Assembly (NCBI GenBank): GCA_049512075.1
Contig: JBEKXL010000001.1
Coordinates: 96,001-160,000, forward strand
Length of the DNA: 64,000 nt
Direction: 5' to 3'
Origin: Candidatus Bathyarchaeia archaeon
GTDB lineage: Archaea > Thermoproteota > Bathyarchaeia > Bathyarchaeales > Bathycorpusculaceae
A program made the position numbers and the translations under genes. Under the pieces are notes generated by a model. It ran no database searches and was not told the DNA's origin. It was given only the letters and a program-made list of their open reading frames with translations. This document shows, in pieces, positions 60,844 through 64,000 of this stretch. Numbering within the stretch: position 1 is the stretch's first letter; each line of letters starts with the position of its first letter.

Positions 60844-63015
60844 TTGAGCGAAGTACAGTTGCGTGTTGGAGACGCGAGGCAGAGAGACGTTGGCAGAGGT
60901 ATAGCCCGCATAGATCAGAAGACGATGCAGAAACTGGAAATCTCAGCGGGCGACGTCATAGAGATATGCGGAAAAAGAACGACCTCGGCCATAGCATGGC
61001 CGGCCTACAGTGAAGATCAGAACCGAGACCTGCTCCGCATAGACGGTTTTTCACGCAAGAACGCCGGAGTGGCCATAAACGAGTACGTCATCGTGAGAGC
61101 CGCCAAGGTGAAAACGGCCCTAAGCCTCACGCTCGCCCCGGTTGACATGAGATTGAACGTGGACGAGGACTTCACCAATTTTGTCAGAAACCGCCTGATG
61201 GAAAGAACGCTAGTGGAAGGCGACACAACCCTGGTCATGATGCTTGGACACGCCATACCGTTCACAGTCACGAAAACGCGGCCCCACGGCATAGTAAAAA
61301 TCACGGCGGAAACAAAACTCACGATACTGAACGAACCGGCGCTTGAAGGGAAAGGCCTGCCCAGAACAACCTACGAAGACGTAGGCGGGCTTCGCGAAGA
61401 GATGCAAAGAGTAAGGGAGATGGTGGAACTTCCACTGAGGCACCCGGAACTGTTCCAGCGGCTCGGAATAGAACCCCCAAAAGGAGTGCTGCTGCACGGC
61501 CCGCCCGGATGTGGCAAAACCCTCCTGGCCAGAGCCGTGGCAAACGAGTCAGAAGCCAACTTCTTCTCGATAAACGGCCCTGAAATAATGAGCAAGTTCT
61601 ACGGTGAATCAGAAGCCAGGCTTCGAGAAATCTTTCAGCAAGCCCAGCAGAACGCTCCGAGCATAATATTCATAGATGAACTGGACGCCATAGCCCCAAA
61701 AAGAGAAGAAGTCACGGGCGAAGTGGAAAGACGCGTCGTTGCACAATTGTTAGCACTGATGGACGGATTGTCAGGCAGAGGAAACGTCATAGTCATAGGA
61801 GCCACGAATAGGCCGAGCGCCCTCGACCCGGCTCTTCGCAGACCCGGCAGGTTCGACAGGGAAATCGAGATAGGCGTATCAGACAAGCAGGGAAGGTACG
61901 AAATCCTGCAGATTCACACGCGAGGCATGCCGCTGGCAGAGGGCGTTGACCTCAAGAAACTGTCGGAAATGACGCATGGCTACACGGGCGCTGACGTCTC
62001 TGCGCTTGGAAGAGAAACAGCCATGAAAAGCCTTCGCCGATACCTGCCGCAGATAAACCTTGAGGAAGAACGCATACCGCCCAGCGTGCTGGAAAAAATG
62101 GAAGTAACCATGGAAGACTTCATCAACGCCTACAAGGAAATAACGCCCACGGCCATGCGCGAAGTGTACATAGAAATCCCCACGATACACTGGGAAGACA
62201 TAGGTGGACTGGAAGAAGTCAAACAGGACCTGAAAGAAGCGGTAGAGTGGCCCCTGAAAAACCCTGAAATCTTCACACGCCTCGGCATAAAACCGCCCAA
62301 GGGAATACTGCTCTACGGCCCCCCAGGCTGCGGAAAAACCCTCCTGGGAAAAGCAGTCGCAACAGAGAGCGAAGCCAACTTCATCACCATCAAGGGCCCA
62401 GAAATCTTCTCAAAATGGGTCGGCGAATCCGAAAAAGCCATAAAAGAAGTGTTCAGAAAAGCCAGAATGGCCGCGCCCGCCGTCATATTCTTCGACGAAA
62501 TCGACTCACTCCTGCCCCGCAGAGGCCTGGGATTCTCAGACAGCGGCGTCAGCGAAAGAGTCATCAGCCAACTCCTAACCGAAATGGACGGCATAGTCAC
62601 CCTGGAGGACGTGGTCGTCATAGCCGCCACAAACAGGCCGGACATAGTGGATCCGGCAGTGCTCAGACCTGGAAGGTTCGACCGACTCATCTACGTGCCA
62701 GAACCAGACGAACAGAGCAGAACCCAAATATTCAAAATCTACACGAAAGACATGCCACTTGCAAAAGACGTAGGCATGACGCAGCTGGCAACATTGGCCA
62801 AAAACTACTCGGGCGCCGACATATCAGCCCTTTGCCGAGAAGCAGCAATGTACGCCTTGAGAAAAGACGTGAACACGAAAGAAGTCAAGACGGCGGACTT
62901 CGAGGAAGCCAAAAAAAGAATCGGGCCGTCAGTCACGCCTGACATGGAAAAATGGTACAAGAGCTTCATGCAGCAGGCGAGACAAGTGCAAAAACCCGCC
63001 ACCCCTGTAGCCTAG
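60844..63015 (+). CDS. cdc48: CDC48/VCP-family AAA ATPase
   Basis: N-domain plus two AAA modules, GPPGCGKT with IDELD / FDEID, RPGRFDR. Confidence 0.97.
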   Translation: MSEVQLRVGDARQRDVGRGIARIDQKTMQKLEISAGDVIEICGKRTTSAIAWPAYSEDQNRDLLRIDGFSRKNAGVAINEYVIVRAAKVKTALSLTLAPVDMRLNVDEDFTNFVRNRLMERTLVEGDTTLVMMLGHAIPFTVTKTRPHGIVKITAETKLTILNEPALEGKGLPRTTYEDVGGLREEMQRVREMVELPLRHPELFQRLGIEPPKGVLLHGPPGCGKTLLARAVANESEANFFSINGPEIMSKFYGESEARLREIFQQAQQNAPSIIFIDELDAIAPKREEVTGEVERRVVAQLLALMDGLSGRGNVIVIGATNRPSALDPALRRPGRFDREIEIGVSDKQGRYEILQIHTRGMPLAEGVDLKKLSEMTHGYTGADVSALGRETAMKSLRRYLPQINLEEERIPPSVLEKMEVTMEDFINAYKEITPTAMREVYIEIPTIHWEDIGGLEEVKQDLKEAVEWPLKNPEIFTRLGIKPPKGILLYGPPGCGKTLLGKAVATESEANFITIKGPEIFSKWVGESEKAIKEVFRKARMAAPAVIFFDEIDSLLPRRGLGFSDSGVSERVISQLLTEMDGIVTLEDVVVIAATNRPDIVDPAVLRPGRFDRLIYVPEPDEQSRTQIFKIYTKDMPLAKDVGMTQLATLAKNYSGADISALCREAAMYALRKDVNTKEVKTADFEEAKKRIGPSVTPDMEKWYKSFMQQARQVQKPATPVA

Positions 63016-63026
63016 GTGAAACGAAC

Positions 63027-63260
63027 ATGCCCATGCCCACAAAAACTTGGAAACCCCTTCCCGCCTACTTCACCCTGATGGAACTCCTGAAAAAGAAAGG
63101 CGCCTTAGCAGATACGGAGCTCTACGAAGCCTTGATTGACGAATTCGAGGACTTGGGCTACAAGGATTTCAGCGACCTGTTGATGCGACTGGAAATCAGC
63201 GGGAAAATACGCGTCACCTCCATGTCTCGCGGAAAAAGACGCGTTGAACTTCTCACGTGA
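63027..63260 (+). CDS. Small winged-helix-like hypothetical protein
   Basis: ELLKKKGALADTELY...LMRLEISGKIRV; AGGTGA SD before ATG 63027. Confidence 0.7.
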   Translation: MPMPTKTWKPLPAYFTLMELLKKKGALADTELYEALIDEFEDLGYKDFSDLLMRLEISGKIRVTSMSRGKRRVELLT

Positions 63261-63297
63261 GAAAAAGCAGGCCTCAAAAACTTCGCGCGTGCAACAC

Positions 63298-64000
63298 ATG
63301 AACGAAACTTCAGACGTCATAGTCGTCGGAGGAGGCCCATGCGGCTCCTTCACCGCCCTGAAACTCGCAAAACAGGGCAGGTCCGTAACGGTTTTCGAGG
63401 AACACAACCAGATAGGCGTTCCCTCACACTGCGCTGGACACCTAAGCATGAAAGGCCTGAAGCAGTTGAGACTGCACCCGCTTCCGCCTGAAATAGTTGA
63501 AAACACTTTCTACGGTGCAAACTTTTATTCCCCGAAAGGAAACAAGTTCTCAGTGCATCTTTCCCAACCAGTAACATGCGCCGTCGACCGTGCAATGTTT
63601 GACAAGTACATCTCCGAAAAAGCCAAAGATGCAGGTGCAAGCTACCGCCTGAACTCCCGGGTAGAAACATTAATCATGAAAAACGCCTTTGCAGAAGGAA
63701 CAGTCGTCAATCAAGAGGGAACAAGCGAGAACAGGCAGGCAAGACTTGTCGTGGACGCTGAAGGAATATCCTCGAGGATAACGAGGGAAGCAGGCCTGCC
63801 CAGACCCCGGAACCTTCTGAAGGGAGTAGAAGCAGAGGTTGAAAACGTCAAAGACGTGGAGTCGGACACAGTTGACGTTTATCTCGGAAACAGCTATGCC
63901 CCAGGCTTCTACGCGTGGTTAATACCAAAAAGAGAGGGAAGAGCAAAAGTCGGCTTAGCCGCAAGAACTGGAAACCCAAAAGATCTTCTGCAAAAACTCA
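63298..64000 (+). CDS. Geranylgeranyl reductase-family FAD oxidoreductase (runs off the window end)
   Basis: Read directly from sequence: MNETSDVIVVGGGPCGS..VFEEH..IG.P.HCAG, DR..FD, VDAEG, YAWLIP. Confidence 0.88.
   Translation, partial: MNETSDVIVVGGGPCGSFTALKLAKQGRSVTVFEEHNQIGVPSHCAGHLSMKGLKQLRLHPLPPEIVENTFYGANFYSPKGNKFSVHLSQPVTCAVDRAMFDKYISEKAKDAGASYRLNSRVETLIMKNAFAEGTVVNQEGTSENRQARLVVDAEGISSRITREAGLPRPRNLLKGVEAEVENVKDVESDTVDVYLGNSYAPGFYAWLIPKREGRAKVGLAARTGNPKDLLQKL

Noticed and set aside
2307-63670. Numerous antisense and overlapping ORFs in the track (e.g. 2832-3392, 11967-12641, 13450-14121, 62415-62942)
   Set aside because: They are shadows of well-supported genes on the other strand or frame and carry no motifs of their own

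Overview
This is a 64-kb archaeal chromosomal segment, most consistent with Bathyarchaeia/TACK (inferred from TBP, Alba, rps26e, rpoK, thermosome, EF-1beta, CDC48, FEN1, TrpB2, an arcadin-1-like gene and PEF-anchored surface proteins). Housekeeping blocks alternate with lower-GC accessory patches. These are a decayed toxin-antitoxin patch (10.4-11.5 kb), a defence/mobile patch (21.9-33.4 kb: Zn-ribbon tyrosine recombinase, 1393-aa nuclease-NACHT STAND protein, integrase remnant, PD-(D/E)xK nuclease), a HEPN-motif island (35.7-38.5 kb) and a surface-protein patch (44-48 kb). The main finding is in the protein-L-isoaspartate methyltransferase gene (pcm). It is interrupted by a 32-nt insert (56642-56673) that folds into a bulge-helix-bulge, and cutting at the canonical splicing-endonuclease positions restores the frame and the conserved SAPHMV motif. 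This is a candidate tRNA-type pre-mRNA intron in a gene other than cbf5. A second signal is (GC)3-5 palindromes, which recur in about 25 intergenic positions. I recognised no tRNA, rRNA or CRISPR array. All product calls come from motif recognition by eye; no database searches were run.
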